Below are positions 21,655 through 31,974 of a stretch of DNA of 64,000 nucleotides, piece by piece. The translations under genes were made by a program, and so were the position numbers. Below the pieces are notes generated by a model, which had not been told where the DNA came from, did not search any database, and worked only from the letters and a program-made list of their open reading frames with translations. Position 1 is the stretch's first letter. The number at the start of each line of letters is the position of its first letter. Source of the DNA: Actinomycetota bacterium (lineage in GTDB: Bacteria > Actinomycetota > Actinomycetes > Mycobacteriales > SCTD01); assembly GCA_046723735.1 (NCBI GenBank), contig JBKOVB010000032.1, positions 11,854-75,853 of the forward strand, in the 5' to 3' direction.

Positions 21655-22796
21655 GCGCGCGTGAGCGAGCGGCCGATGACGACCCTCTGCACCTGGTTGG
21701 TGCCCTCGAAGATCTGCATGATCTTGGCCTCTCGGAAGTAGCGCTCGGCGGGGAAGTCCTCGACGTAGCCGGCTCCCCCGAGCACCTGGACCGCATCGGT
21801 CGTCACGCGCATCGCCGTGTCGGTGGCGAACAGCTTGGCCATGCTGGCTTGCGGCCCGTAGGGCTTGCCCGCGTCCCGGCGGCGAGCGGCCTCGAGGTAG
21901 AGCGCCCGGGCCGCTGCGACCTGCGTGGCCATGTCGGCGAGCAGGAACGACAACCCCTGGAACTGTGCGATGGGGCGGCCGAACTGCTTGCGCTCCCCCG
22001 CGTACGACGTCGCCAGGTCGAGGGCGGCTTGCGCGAGTCCGACTGCGCAGGCGGCGATGCCGAGGCGGCCGCCGTCGAGCGCACTCATCGCGATGGCAAA
22101 ACCCTTGCCCTCGTCGGCGATCAGCCGGTCCGCGGGCACCCGGGCGCCGTCGAGGACCACGGTCGCGGTGTGCGACGACCGCATGCCCATCTTCTTCTCG
22201 GGCGGCTGCGGAAGCAGGCCTGGCGTGTCGGACGCGGCCAGCAGACAGGAGATGCCGGACGGGCCCTCCCCGCCGGTGCGGACCATGAGGTTGTAGAAGT
22301 CCGCATGCCCGCCGTGGGTCACCCAGGCCTTGGCGCCGTTGACGACGTAGGTCTCGCCGTCACGCACCGCCCGCGTGGACAGAGCCGCCGCGTCGGAGCC
22401 GCTGTGCGCCTCCGACAGGCAGTACGCGCCGAGCAGCTCACCCCCGAGCATCTCGGGCAGGAACCGCTCGCGCTGCTCCTCCGTGCCCCACGCGAAGACC
22501 GGGAAGCAGGACAGCGTGTGGACGCTCACGCCCACCGCGAACCCCGACCAGCCGCGGGCGATCTCCTCGAGGACCTGCAGGTAGACCTCGTACGGCTGCC
22601 CACCGCCGCCGTACTGCTCGGGGTAGGCGAGACCGAGCAGGCCCGCCCGGCCGAGCGTGCGGAAGAGCTCCCGGGGGAAGGATGCGGTCGCCTCGGCCTG
22701 CTCGACCTGCGTGAGGACCTCGCGTTCCACCAGCTCATGGGTGAGCTCCAACAGCGCCTCGGCCTCGGACGTGGGCAGGCTGCGCTCGACGGGCAC
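21651..22796 (-). CDS. Acyl-CoA dehydrogenase
   Basis: YCLSEAHSGSD, NGAKAWVT, RKQFG and IFEGTNQ motifs. Confidence 0.95.
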   Translation of the reverse strand: MPVERSLPTSEAEALLELTHELVEREVLTQVEQAEATASFPRELFRTLGRAGLLGLAYPEQYGGGGQPYEVYLQVLEEIARGWSGFAVGVSVHTLSCFPVFAWGTEEQRERFLPEMLGGELLGAYCLSEAHSGSDAAALSTRAVRDGETYVVNGAKAWVTHGGHADFYNLMVRTGGEGPSGISCLLAASDTPGLLPQPPEKKMGMRSSHTATVVLDGARVPADRLIADEGKGFAIAMSALDGGRLGIAACAVGLAQAALDLATSYAGERKQFGRPIAQFQGLSFLLADMATQVAAARALYLEAARRRDAGKPYGPQASMAKLFATDTAMRVTTDAVQVLGGAGYVEDFPAERYFREAKIMQIFEGTNQVQRVVIGRSLTRA

Positions 22797-22861
22797 TGGG
22801 TCTCCCTCCGCTGTGGTGTCGTGGCGAACCTATCGCTGCGGCCATCTGACAGGCTTCGGGT

Positions 22862-23773
22862 ATGGCCGGTCAGCTCCTGCTCCTCGACGCCCCCGCCCTG
22901 TGGTACCGCGCCTTCCACGGTGTCCCCGACTCGATCCGCTCGCCCCAGGGTGAGCCGGTCAACGCGGTCCGCGGCTTTCTCGACCTCGTCGCGCGGGTGG
23001 TCCGCGACACCCGTCCGGCCCGGATGGTGGCGGCCGTCGACCTGGCCTGGCGGCCCGCTTTCCGGGTAGCCGCGGTGCCGTCGTACAAGACCCATCGGGC
23101 GCTGCCCAACGGGGCCGAGAAGGAGCCGGAAGGCCTTGCGCCCCAGGTGAACGTGCTGCTCGAGGTGCTGCCGGCGCTCGGCGTGCCGGTCGCGGGCGCC
23201 GAGGGGTACGAGGCCGACGACGTGCTCGGCACGCTGGCCACCCGCGAGCCGGGGCCGGTGGACGTGGTGACGGGCGACCGGGACCTGCTGCAGCTGGTCG
23301 ACGACAGCAAGCCGGTGCGCGTGCTCTACGCCGTCGAGAAGATGAAGCCGTACGACGAGGCTGCCGTCACCGCCAAGCACGGCATTCCCGGGCGGGCGTA
23401 CGCGGAGTACGCGGTGCTGCGCGGCGACCCGAGCGACGGGCTGCCCGGCGTGAAGGGGGTGGGCGAGAAGACGGCCGCGGCGCTCGTCAGCCGGTTCGGG
23501 TCGGTGGAGGGCATCGTGGCCGCCCTCGACGCCGGAGGCGACGACGGCTTCCCCGCGGGCTCCCGGCTCAAGCTCGAGGCGGCCCGCGACTACCTCGCCG
23601 TCGCGCCGGCGGTCTCGCGGGTGGTCCGCGACCTGCCGCTGCCGGCCTACGACGACGCCCTCCCCCGCACGCCGCGGGACCCCGAGGCCGTCGTGGCGCT
23701 GGCCGACCGCTGGGGCCTCGACAGCTCGTTGGAGCGCTTCCTGCAGGCGGTGGAGACCGCCCTCGCCGGGTAG
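22862..23773 (+). CDS. 5'-3' exonuclease (flap endonuclease-like)
   Basis: YEADD, TGDRD and GDPSDGLPGVKGVGEKTA motifs. Confidence 0.93.
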   Translation: MAGQLLLLDAPALWYRAFHGVPDSIRSPQGEPVNAVRGFLDLVARVVRDTRPARMVAAVDLAWRPAFRVAAVPSYKTHRALPNGAEKEPEGLAPQVNVLLEVLPALGVPVAGAEGYEADDVLGTLATREPGPVDVVTGDRDLLQLVDDSKPVRVLYAVEKMKPYDEAAVTAKHGIPGRAYAEYAVLRGDPSDGLPGVKGVGEKTAAALVSRFGSVEGIVAALDAGGDDGFPAGSRLKLEAARDYLAVAPAVSRVVRDLPLPAYDDALPRTPRDPEAVVALADRWGLDSSLERFLQAVETALAG

Positions 23774-23784
23774 GGTGACTACTC

Positions 23785-25476
23785 GTGGGTAACCCCGCCT
23801 TCTCGCAGCGCAACCGCGCCACGGAGCTGGGTGCTGCCGCGTCGGAGGAGCTCGACGTCCTCGTCGTCGGCATGGGGGCCACCGGGGCCGGCGTCGCGCT
23901 CGACGCGGCCAGTCGCGGGCTGCGGGTCGCCGTCCTCGATCGCGGCGACATGGCGAGCGGCACGTCCTCGAAGAGCAGCAAGCTCGTGCACGGCGGCCTG
24001 CGGTATCTGGAGAACTACGAGTTCGGCCTGGTGCGCGAGGGCGTCGTCGAGCGGCAGATCCTCAACCGCATCGCCCCACACCTCGTGCGCCCGATGGACT
24101 TCCTCTACCCGGTCTGGCACGACACGGCACGGCGGCGGCTGCTCGGACTGGGCCTCACGACCTACGACGTGTTCGCCCTCGCGTCGCTCGCCGGCCGAGG
24201 CGGCAGCCCACGTCGGCACGAGCGCCTCAACGCCGAGGAGGCGGTCGCCAAGGCCCCTGCGCTCGCCGAGAGCGGGCTCGAGTACGCGTATCTCTACGGC
24301 GACTCCGCCACCGACGACGCCCGCCTGGTGCTCGCGGTGGTGCAGGCCGCTCGGCGGTTCGGAGCCCTCACCGTCACGCACGCCGAGGTCACCGGCCTGA
24401 CCATGCGCGACGGCCGGGTGGCGGGCGCCGAGGTCACCGACCGGCTGACCGGCGACGCGTTCGCAGTGCGGGCGCGGCACGTCGTCAACGCCACCGGTGT
24501 GTGGACCGACACGCTGCAGGCCTACGAGGAGCCGGGGCGGCCCGCGGTGGTGCAGCCCTCGAAGGGCGTCCATCTCGTCGTACCGCGTGAGCGCCTGCCC
24601 CTGCTGGACGCGTCCGTGCTGCTGCCGTCGAAGCAGGGCGACGAGCGCTCGATGTTCGCCATCCCGTGGGGCCGGCAGACCATCCTCGGCACCACCGACA
24701 CGCAGTACGACGGCGAGCTGGACGACCTGGCGCTGACCGCCGAGGACCTCGAGTACGTGCTCGCTGCAGGCAACGCAGTCTTCAAGCAGGGCCTGACCGA
24801 GGAGGACGTGCTGGGCGCGTGGGCAGGCGTGCGTCCGCTGCTGCGGCAGGCCGGCAGCGGGTCGATGAGCGACATGAGCCGGCGCCACGTGCTCGTCGAG
24901 GGCTCCGGCGGGCTGCTCACGATCACCGGGGGCAAGCTCACGACGTACCGGCGGATGGCCAAGGACGTCGTCGACCGCATCGTCGACCGGGACGGGCTGA
25001 AGGCGCGCTGCCGCACCGGGCAGATCCCGCTGTCGGGCACCCGGCCGGTGGCCGTGCTCGAGGGCGAGGTCGCGGCTGCCGCACGCGTGCTCGGGCTGCC
25101 CGACGACGTCGCCCCGAACCTCGTGCGGCAGTGCGGCGAGACCGCGCTGCACGTGCTGTCGCTGGTCGCGGCCGACCCGTCGCTCGGGCGGCAGCTGTCG
25201 CCGGCGGCACCGCACATCGCGGCCGAGGTCGTGCACGCGGCCCGGTCGGAGGGCGCCTGCTCGCTCGACGACGTCTTCAGCCGACGCACCCGTTTGTCGC
25301 TGCGGGCCAAGGATGCCGCGCTGCCGAGCGCGCCTCTGGCCGCACGGCTGCTGGCCGCGCACCTGGGCAAGGACCAGACCTGGGCCGACGAGCAGGTGTG
25401 GGCCTACGCGGCGGCCGTCCGGGCCGAGCGCGGGGTGCTCGGGCTGCCGGACGTGCGGCTGCCCGCCGCGGGCTGA
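23785..25476 (+). CDS. glpD: Glycerol-3-phosphate dehydrogenase/oxidase (FAD)
   Basis: GTSSKSSKLVHGGLRYL, DDARL and GGKLTTYR motifs. Confidence 0.9.
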   Translation: MGNPAFSQRNRATELGAAASEELDVLVVGMGATGAGVALDAASRGLRVAVLDRGDMASGTSSKSSKLVHGGLRYLENYEFGLVREGVVERQILNRIAPHLVRPMDFLYPVWHDTARRRLLGLGLTTYDVFALASLAGRGGSPRRHERLNAEEAVAKAPALAESGLEYAYLYGDSATDDARLVLAVVQAARRFGALTVTHAEVTGLTMRDGRVAGAEVTDRLTGDAFAVRARHVVNATGVWTDTLQAYEEPGRPAVVQPSKGVHLVVPRERLPLLDASVLLPSKQGDERSMFAIPWGRQTILGTTDTQYDGELDDLALTAEDLEYVLAAGNAVFKQGLTEEDVLGAWAGVRPLLRQAGSGSMSDMSRRHVLVEGSGGLLTITGGKLTTYRRMAKDVVDRIVDRDGLKARCRTGQIPLSGTRPVAVLEGEVAAAARVLGLPDDVAPNLVRQCGETALHVLSLVAADPSLGRQLSPAAPHIAAEVVHAARSEGACSLDDVFSRRTRLSLRAKDAALPSAPLAARLLAAHLGKDQTWADEQVWAYAAAVRAERGVLGLPDVRLPAAG

Positions 25477-25479
25477 AGG

Positions 25480-28155
25480 TCAGACGCTGGACCAGGCGAC
25501 CACGCCTCGCCGTACCGCGTCGAACGCCTCCTGGGCCGTTGCCCGGACCGGGGCCTCGGCGATGAGGACGATCTGGCTGAGCAGGTCGAGCAGCTGCTTG
25601 CACCAGCGCACGAAGTCGCCCGGCGCGAGGTCGGGGTCGTCGAGCAGCACCTGCTCCACGTCCGCGCCCGAGGCCCAGCGCCACACCGCCCACGCGAAGC
25701 CGGTGTCGGGCTCCTGCAGGAAGTCCAGGCCGTGCGCGGCTTCCACGTCGCGCAGCCGTGCCCACAGCCGGTGCTGCTCCTCGAGGGCGTGCCGGACGGC
25801 GCCGCCCGGGAGCTGGCCGACCTGCTCAGGGCGGCGTGACTCGTAGACCAGCGTCGACACCACGGCAGCGAGCTCGGCGGGGCTCAGGGGGTCCCACAGA
25901 CCCGCGCGCAACGACTCCACGACCAGCAGGTCGGCATCGTTGTAGACCCGGCCCAGTTGCCGACCGGCGTCGGTGACCCGCTCGCCCTCGAGGTAGTGCA
26001 GCTCCTCGAGCAGCGCGCAGACCTTGTCGAAGACGCGAGCGATGGAGTGCGTCTTGCTCTGCACCCGGCGTTCCAGCGCGTCGGTGTCGTGCCGCAGCCG
26101 CGCCCACCGCTCGGCCCATCGCAGGTGCTGCTCGCGCTCGTCGCACCCGTGCACGGGGTGCTGCCGCAGCCACTGGCGCAGCTCGGCAAGCTGCGCGTCG
26201 TCCGCGGCCGCCGACCGGCTGCGCCGGGGCCGCTCGGGCCGGACGCCGAGCGCGCGGATCGACGAGGCCAGGTCCCGGCGGGTCTGCGGGCTGCGGTGGT
26301 TGACGTTCTTCGGCACCCGGATCCGGCCCAGGGGCTCCACCGCAGTCGGGAAGTCGGCCTCGGACAGCCGGCCCGCCCAGCGGTCCTCGGTCACCACCAG
26401 GGGGTGCGCCTGGCCGCCCGGCCCGAGCCCGGGGTCGAGCACCACCGCGAGTCCGGCACGGCGGCCGTGCGGCACCGAGATGACGTCGCCCACCTTGAGC
26501 GCCTCCAGCGAGGCCGCGGCCTGGGCGCGCCGCTGTGCCGACCCCTGGCGGGCCAGCTCCGACTCGCGCCGCTTCACGGCCTGCCGGAGCTGGTCGTACT
26601 CGCGCACGTCCCCGAGGTGGCAGCTCATGCCTTCCTGGTAGCCCTCCAGCGCCTCCAGGTTGCGGCTGACCTGCCTGGCCAGCCCTACGACCGACCGGTC
26701 GGCCTGGAACTGCGCGAAGGAGCTCTCCAGCAGCGCCCGGGCGGTCTCACGCCCCACGCTGCCCACGAGGTTGACCGCCATGTTGTACGACGGCCGGAAG
26801 CTCGAGCGCAGCGGATAGGTGCGGGTCGAGGCGAGGCCCGCCAGCTGGCGCGGGTCGAAGCCGGGCTGCCACAGCACGACGGCGTGCCCCTCGACGTCGA
26901 TGCCCCGGCGGCCCGCCCGCCCGGTGAGCTGCGTGTACTCCCCCGGTGTCACGTCGACGTGCGCCTCGCCGTTCCACTTCACGAGCTTCTCGAGCACGAC
27001 CGAGCGGGCCGGCATGTTGATGCCGAGCGAGAGGGTCTCGGTGGCGAAGACCGCCTTGACGAGGCCCTCGGCGAACAGCTCCTCGACGACCTCCTTGAAC
27101 GTGGGCAGCAGCCCGGCGTGGTGCGCAGCCAGCCCCCGCTCCAGCCCCTCCAGCCACTCCCAGTAGCCCAGCACCCGCAGGTCCGCGCGCGGCAGGTCCG
27201 CGGTGCGTGTCTCGACCCGGCGGCGGATCTCCGTGCGCTCCTCGGGGGTGGTGAGCCGCAGCCCGGCGCGCAGGCACTGCTCGACGGCGGCCTCGCAGCC
27301 GGCGCGGCTGAAGATGAACGTGATCGCGGGCAGCAGCCCCTCGCGGTCAAGCCGCTCCAGCACGGCCGGGCGGCTGGGCACGGAGGGTCGCGGCGGGCGT
27401 CCGCGGTCGCGCGGGCGCGGCCGGTCCTCCTCCCGTGTCCTCCGCATGAGCTCGGGGTGCACGTCGCCGTGCGCCTCGCCGTGCGCCTCGAAGAGGTCGT
27501 ACAGCCGTCCCCCCAGCAGCACGTGCTGGAACAACGGCACCGGGCGGTGCTCCTCGACCACCACCTCGGTGTCGCCGCGCACCGTCACGAGCCAGTCGGC
27601 GAACTCCTCGGCGTTGCTCACGGTCGCCGACAGCGAGGTGAGCACCACGTCGTCCGGGAGGTGGATGATCACCTCCTCCCAGACGGCGCCGCGGGCCCGG
27701 TCGGCGAGGTAGTGGACCTCGTCCATGACCACGTGCCCCAGACCGCGCAGCGCCGGCGAGCCGCTGTAGAGCATGTTGCGCAGCACCTCGGTGGTCATCA
27801 CGACGACCTCGGCGTCGCCGTGGACCGAGACGTCACCGGTGAGCAGCCCGACGCGGTCCGTGCCGTAACGGGCAACGAGGTCGCCGTACTTCTGGTTCGA
27901 CAGGGCCTTGATCGGGGTGGTGTAGAAGCACTTGCGGCCCGCCTGGAGCGCCAGATGTACGGCGAACTCCCCCACCACGGTCTTGCCGGCGCCCGTGGGC
28001 GCTGCGACGAGCACTCCGCGGCCCTCTTCCAGGGCCCGGCAGGCGGTGCGCTGGAACGCGTCGAGCCCGAAGGGATAGCCGATCTCGAAGGACGCCAGGG
28101 CCGGCCCCGGCTGGGTGGACCGGAACGCGGCGTACCGCTCGGCCGGCGTGCTCAC
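25480..28155 (-). CDS. helY: Ski2-like RNA helicase HelY
   Basis: APTGAGKT, DEVH, SAT and QLTGRAGRRG motifs; synteny with tatC. Confidence 0.93.
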   Translation of the reverse strand: MSTPAERYAAFRSTQPGPALASFEIGYPFGLDAFQRTACRALEEGRGVLVAAPTGAGKTVVGEFAVHLALQAGRKCFYTTPIKALSNQKYGDLVARYGTDRVGLLTGDVSVHGDAEVVVMTTEVLRNMLYSGSPALRGLGHVVMDEVHYLADRARGAVWEEVIIHLPDDVVLTSLSATVSNAEEFADWLVTVRGDTEVVVEEHRPVPLFQHVLLGGRLYDLFEAHGEAHGDVHPELMRRTREEDRPRPRDRGRPPRPSVPSRPAVLERLDREGLLPAITFIFSRAGCEAAVEQCLRAGLRLTTPEERTEIRRRVETRTADLPRADLRVLGYWEWLEGLERGLAAHHAGLLPTFKEVVEELFAEGLVKAVFATETLSLGINMPARSVVLEKLVKWNGEAHVDVTPGEYTQLTGRAGRRGIDVEGHAVVLWQPGFDPRQLAGLASTRTYPLRSSFRPSYNMAVNLVGSVGRETARALLESSFAQFQADRSVVGLARQVSRNLEALEGYQEGMSCHLGDVREYDQLRQAVKRRESELARQGSAQRRAQAAASLEALKVGDVISVPHGRRAGLAVVLDPGLGPGGQAHPLVVTEDRWAGRLSEADFPTAVEPLGRIRVPKNVNHRSPQTRRDLASSIRALGVRPERPRRSRSAAADDAQLAELRQWLRQHPVHGCDEREQHLRWAERWARLRHDTDALERRVQSKTHSIARVFDKVCALLEELHYLEGERVTDAGRQLGRVYNDADLLVVESLRAGLWDPLSPAELAAVVSTLVYESRRPEQVGQLPGGAVRHALEEQHRLWARLRDVEAAHGLDFLQEPDTGFAWAVWRWASGADVEQVLLDDPDLAPGDFVRWCKQLLDLLSQIVLIAEAPVRATAQEAFDAVRRGVVAWSSV

Positions 28156-28180
28156 GACGTGAGGCTATGCCCCGTGTGGC

Positions 28181-29005
28181 TCAGAGGGGGGACGGGCGCG
28201 GGTCGACGTACGAGGTCTCGTCGTCGGCGTAGCCCTCGACGTCCGCGTCTGCAGTGCGGCGCTTGCGTCTGCCCCTGTCTGCAAGCCAGGCGATGCCGAC
28301 CGACAGGCCGTAGAGCATCGTGACGGGCAGTGCCATCGCGAGGAAGGTGATCGGGTCCGTGCTCGGGGTGAGGACGGCGGACATGAAGGCGATGCCTGCC
28401 ACCATGGGTCGCCACATGCCACCCATCCGGCGGGCGCTCAGGACCCCCAGCATGTTCAGGAACACGAGCACGACGGGGAACAGGAAGGCCGCGCCGAAGG
28501 CGACGAGCGTCAGGACGACGAACGACAGGTAGCTCGACAGGTCGGTGAGCGGCACGAGCTTGTCGCCACCCACGCTCAGCAGGAACTGCAGCCCCTTGTC
28601 GATGGTCAGGTACGCGAAGGTCACGCCGATCGCGAACAGCACCAGGGAGGCTCCGAGGAAGCCGGCGGCGTAGCGGCGTTCCTTGCGGTGCAGGCCGGGG
28701 GTGATGAAGGCCCCGAGCTCGTAGAGCCACACCGGGGCCGCGAGGACGACGCCGCCGATGCCAGCGATCCGCAGGCGCACCGAGAACTGGGTGAAGATGT
28801 CGTGCACGTACAGGTTGCAGTGCGGTCCCGCCACCTGCGTGCGGCAGTAGGGCTCGCGTAGGAAGTCGAACACCGGCTGGTAGATCACGAGTCCCACGAC
28901 CGCCATGCCGATGCCGATCGCGAGGAAGGAGATCAGCAGGCGCGTGCGGAGCTCGCGGATGTGCCCAGCGAGCGACATCCGCCCGTCGGGCGGACGGCGG
29001 GCCAA
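28181..29005 (-). CDS. tatC: Twin-arginine translocase subunit TatC
   Basis: MSLAGHIRELR, FITPGL and TPSTDP motifs. Confidence 0.96.
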   Translation of the reverse strand: MARRPPDGRMSLAGHIRELRTRLLISFLAIGIGMAVVGLVIYQPVFDFLREPYCRTQVAGPHCNLYVHDIFTQFSVRLRIAGIGGVVLAAPVWLYELGAFITPGLHRKERRYAAGFLGASLVLFAIGVTFAYLTIDKGLQFLLSVGGDKLVPLTDLSSYLSFVVLTLVAFGAAFLFPVVLVFLNMLGVLSARRMGGMWRPMVAGIAFMSAVLTPSTDPITFLAMALPVTMLYGLSVGIAWLADRGRRKRRTADADVEGYADDETSYVDPRPSPL

Positions 29006-29014
29006 CGAGCGGTC

Positions 29015-29263
29015 CTAGCGCTCGGTGTCGCCGCTCGAAGAGTCGAGCGGCTTGCCCGTGTAGGGGTCGAACTTGTACGCCGGTGGCTGCGCGGGCGGGA
29101 GCGCCTCGGGCTTGTCGTCCTCGCGCAGCCCGCGGGTCTCCGCCTTGAGGATGCGCAACGAGCGGCCGAGCGAGCGTGCCGAGTCGGGCAGCCGCTTGCT
29201 CCCGAAGACCAGCAGGACCACCAGCAGGACCAGGATCAGCTCCCAGCCACCGGGCAGGTTCAC
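29015..29263 (-). CDS. tatA: Twin-arginine translocase subunit TatA
   Basis: Transmembrane helix followed by [23 protein letters not shown]. Confidence 0.96.
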   Translation of the reverse strand: MNLPGGWELILVLLVVLLVFGSKRLPDSARSLGRSLRILKAETRGLREDDKPEALPPAQPPAYKFDPYTGKPLDSSSGDTER

Positions 29264-29291
29264 GACGTCTCCTCGCTCGCGACGGACACCG

Positions 29292-29489
29292 TCAGCGTAC
29301 GTCAGGAGCAGTCGGCGGGGTGGGGCGCGGTACGGCGTCGAGCGCGGCGCTCGCCTCCGCGAGCCGCACGTTGGCCTCAGCCATGCTGCGGGTGACCCGG
29401 CGGATGGTGCCGATCAGCCTGATGCCGACGACGGTCAGGAGCGCCAGCGCAACCAACGCGATGGCGATGTCGACGAGCAGCCAGGGCAC
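29292..29489 (-). CDS. Small single-pass membrane protein
   Basis: N-terminal hydrophobic helix plus amphipathic helix; TACGCT -10 six nt upstream of GTG. Confidence 0.7.
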   Translation of the reverse strand: MPWLLVDIAIALVALALLTVVGIRLIGTIRRVTRSMAEANVRLAEASAALDAVPRPTPPTAPDVR

Positions 29490-29516
29490 GCGTCGAGCGT
29501 AGCCCCGACGTGGGGC

Positions 29517-29846
29517 TCAGGCAGCGGCGCGGGTGATCTGCTCCGCGAGCAGGTCGGTCGCGCCCAGACCGAGGGCGAAGTCGAGCAGGTCGTCGTACGA
29601 CAGCGCCGGCCCCTCGTGCACCTCGAGCGCCTCGCCCGGGATGTCCCAGACGGTGGCGGGGACGCCACCGGAGACCAGCAACGACACGACGTGGTCGTCG
29701 GCCGGCTTGCGGACCTCCTGGTCGCAGCGGTGGCACGTGAAGGCGTAGTACGACAGCGGCGCGTGGCTGCAGACCATGAGAGAGACGTCAGCCGGCGTCA
29801 GCTCCACCTCGCCACAGGCGGGGCAGGAGGCCTTGATCAGCGTCAT
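29517..29846 (-). CDS. Small Cys-rich (zinc-ribbon-like) hypothetical protein
   Basis: CPAC...C...CHRC; strong GC3 bias; GAGG RBS before ATG 29846. Confidence 0.8.
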   Translation of the reverse strand: MTLIKASCPACGEVELTPADVSLMVCSHAPLSYYAFTCHRCDQEVRKPADDHVVSLLVSGGVPATVWDIPGEALEVHEGPALSYDDLLDFALGLGATDLLAEQITRAAA

Positions 29847-29959
29847 GTCCGGCACCTCTCGGTCCACGGCCCCTGACTGGGGCGGTACCGGTGCTTTCGG
29901 CAGAGGCGTCTGAGCGCTTGACCCCTGCGGGCCCGGATGACTCCGGTGGGCTAGGTGCT

Positions 29960-30913
29960 CTAGTCACCCTCGTAGGCCAGCAGGGCCGCCGCAGCGTCCT
30001 TCTGGACCTCCTCGGCAAGGCCCGACGGCACGACCACGCGACCGGCCGGTCCGAGCGACAGCACCAGTCGCCGTACCCACGCCGTGTCGCGGGCCCGGAG
30101 GCTGACCAGCAGGCTGCCGTCGGGCTGGGTCTCCACCGACTCCGTCGGGTAGTAGTCGGCGACCCAGGCCGCACCCGGCGCGAGGGCGAGGGTGACGAGT
30201 GTGTCCTCCTCGGTCGGCTGGAACAGCGGTTGGGCCACGTCGCGGACCGGCAGGTCCTGCGGCGGCGCGGCAGCCACGTCGAGCACCTCGATCTCCTGGA
30301 CCCGTCCCAGGTGGAAGGTGCGGACGCTCTCGGCGAGCCGGCACCAGCCCTCGAGGTAGCTGCGCCCCCCGATGGTGAACAGCTGCCAGGGGTCAACGAC
30401 ACGTTCGGTGGTGGCGTCACGGCCCGCCGACCAGTACGTCATCCGCAGGGCGCGCCGGCTCTCGAGGGCGTGGCGCACCGCCTCGAGCACGGCGGGATCG
30501 CCCTCGAGGGCGACCTCCACCAGCTCCGCCGGCTCCGCGGCCGTTCCGGCGGCCGCCTCCACCTTGGACAGCGCCCGCAGGACCGGGTCGAGCTCGGCCA
30601 GACCGGGCGTCTCGGCCAGGGTGCGCAGCGCCACGATGAGCGCCACCGCCTCGTCCACCCCGAGCCGCAGCGGCCGGTCGACCAGCTGCGGGTCACGCAC
30701 CGTGATCGTGTCGCCCTCGAAGTCGATGTCGATGAGGTCCTCGGGGAAGCCGCCCGGCAGACCGCACACGAACAGCAGCTCGAGGTCCTTGCGCAGCCGC
30801 TCCTCGGTGATCCCGAAGTCGGCGGCTGCGGTGGCGAAGGAGACGCCTGGACGCTGGACGAGGTACGGGACGAGCGCCAGCAGCCGGGGCAGCTCGGGCA
30901 GCGGGGCCGTCAT
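29960..30913 (-). CDS. pafC: HTH-WYL transcriptional activator PafC
   Basis: RLLALVPY, CGLPG..P.DLID and RTFHLGRV motifs; follows pafB. Confidence 0.9.
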   Translation of the reverse strand: MTAPLPELPRLLALVPYLVQRPGVSFATAAADFGITEERLRKDLELLFVCGLPGGFPEDLIDIDFEGDTITVRDPQLVDRPLRLGVDEAVALIVALRTLAETPGLAELDPVLRALSKVEAAAGTAAEPAELVEVALEGDPAVLEAVRHALESRRALRMTYWSAGRDATTERVVDPWQLFTIGGRSYLEGWCRLAESVRTFHLGRVQEIEVLDVAAAPPQDLPVRDVAQPLFQPTEEDTLVTLALAPGAAWVADYYPTESVETQPDGSLLVSLRARDTAWVRRLVLSLGPAGRVVVPSGLAEEVQKDAAAALLAYEGD

Positions 30914-30966
30914 GCGGGGCCCCCGCGCAAGCGTGAGCGGAACGAGCGGATTCGTGGAGTGCTCAT
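30910..30966 (-). repeat. 53-bp MIRU-like intercistronic element with an 18-aa mini-ORF
   Basis: ATGA overlaps at both ends (pafB stop and pafC start); CGCATGA duplicated; encodes MSTPRIRSFRSRLRGGPA. Confidence 0.65.
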
Positions 30967-31916
30967 GCGTGCAGCCCGGCGATGGCTCGCAGCCGGGCGA
31001 CGACGGCGGTGCGCACCTCGGCCGGCTCGACGACGACGGCGTCGGCGCCGTAGCCCGTGACCCGCTCGGCCAGCCGCTCCGGGTCCGAGTAGCCCACCTC
31101 GAGGACCTCCCAGCCCTCCGGACCGGGGCTGACCTTCGTGGCGGCGCGCCGGAGCTCGCCGCCGCTTCCCCGCCGTACGCGCAGGGTCGCCGAAGCGGTC
31201 GGGGTCTCCGTGACGCTGCGCGCGACCATCTCGCGCAGGCTCACGCCGTGCGGGCGGGCGACGGTGCCGGGTTCGCCGTACGGCGTGACGGCACCCACCA
31301 CGCGGGACAGCCGGAACACCCGGGGGGCGTCGCGGCCGCGGTCGTGGCCGACGAGGTACCAGCGGCCGTGCCAGGACACGACCCCCCAGGGCTCCACGTC
31401 GCGCGACTCGGGGGCGGGACGGCCGGCGGCGCGGTAGTCGAAGCGGACAGGTCGGGCGTCGCGGACCGCCTGCCACACCTGCTCGAAGGCGGGCTCGGCC
31501 ACGCCCACCCTGGGCTCCAGTCCGACCGGGCCCTGCGCGTCCATGCCTGCGGCACGCAGCTTGGTCAAGGCGCTGCCGGTCGCGCCGGCCAACGGGGCCT
31601 GCTGCCAGAGTCGGCCGGCCAGGACGACCGCGGCAGCCTCGTCGGCGGTGAGGGAGATCTCGGGCAGCTGGTAGTCACGACGGGCGACGCGGTAGCCGTG
31701 CTCGTCGTCCCAGCCGGAGTTGGACCCGGTCTCGAGCGGGACGCCGATCTCGCGCAGCTCGGCCTTGTCGCGCTCGAACATGCGCCGGAACGCCTCCTCG
31801 TTGCCGTCCTGGTAGCCGGGGACCTTCTCCCGGATCTCCTGGACGGTGAGGAACCGCTTCGTGGACAGCAGGCACAGCACGAGGTTGAGCAGCCGTTCGG
31901 TCTTCTTCTGCGCCAC
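30963..31916 (-). CDS. pafB: HTH-WYL transcriptional activator PafB
   Basis: KTERLLNLV, RMFERDKAELR and GRWYLVGHD..R...RVFRLSR motifs. Confidence 0.93.
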   Translation of the reverse strand: MAQKKTERLLNLVLCLLSTKRFLTVQEIREKVPGYQDGNEEAFRRMFERDKAELREIGVPLETGSNSGWDDEHGYRVARRDYQLPEISLTADEAAAVVLAGRLWQQAPLAGATGSALTKLRAAGMDAQGPVGLEPRVGVAEPAFEQVWQAVRDARPVRFDYRAAGRPAPESRDVEPWGVVSWHGRWYLVGHDRGRDAPRVFRLSRVVGAVTPYGEPGTVARPHGVSLREMVARSVTETPTASATLRVRRGSGGELRRAATKVSPGPEGWEVLEVGYSDPERLAERVTGYGADAVVVEPAEVRTAVVARLRAIAGLHA

Positions 31917-31974
31917 GTTTTGTGACGCTAGCCCGAACCCGCCGTACGACGGACCACCGGGCGGCGCGTGTCGC

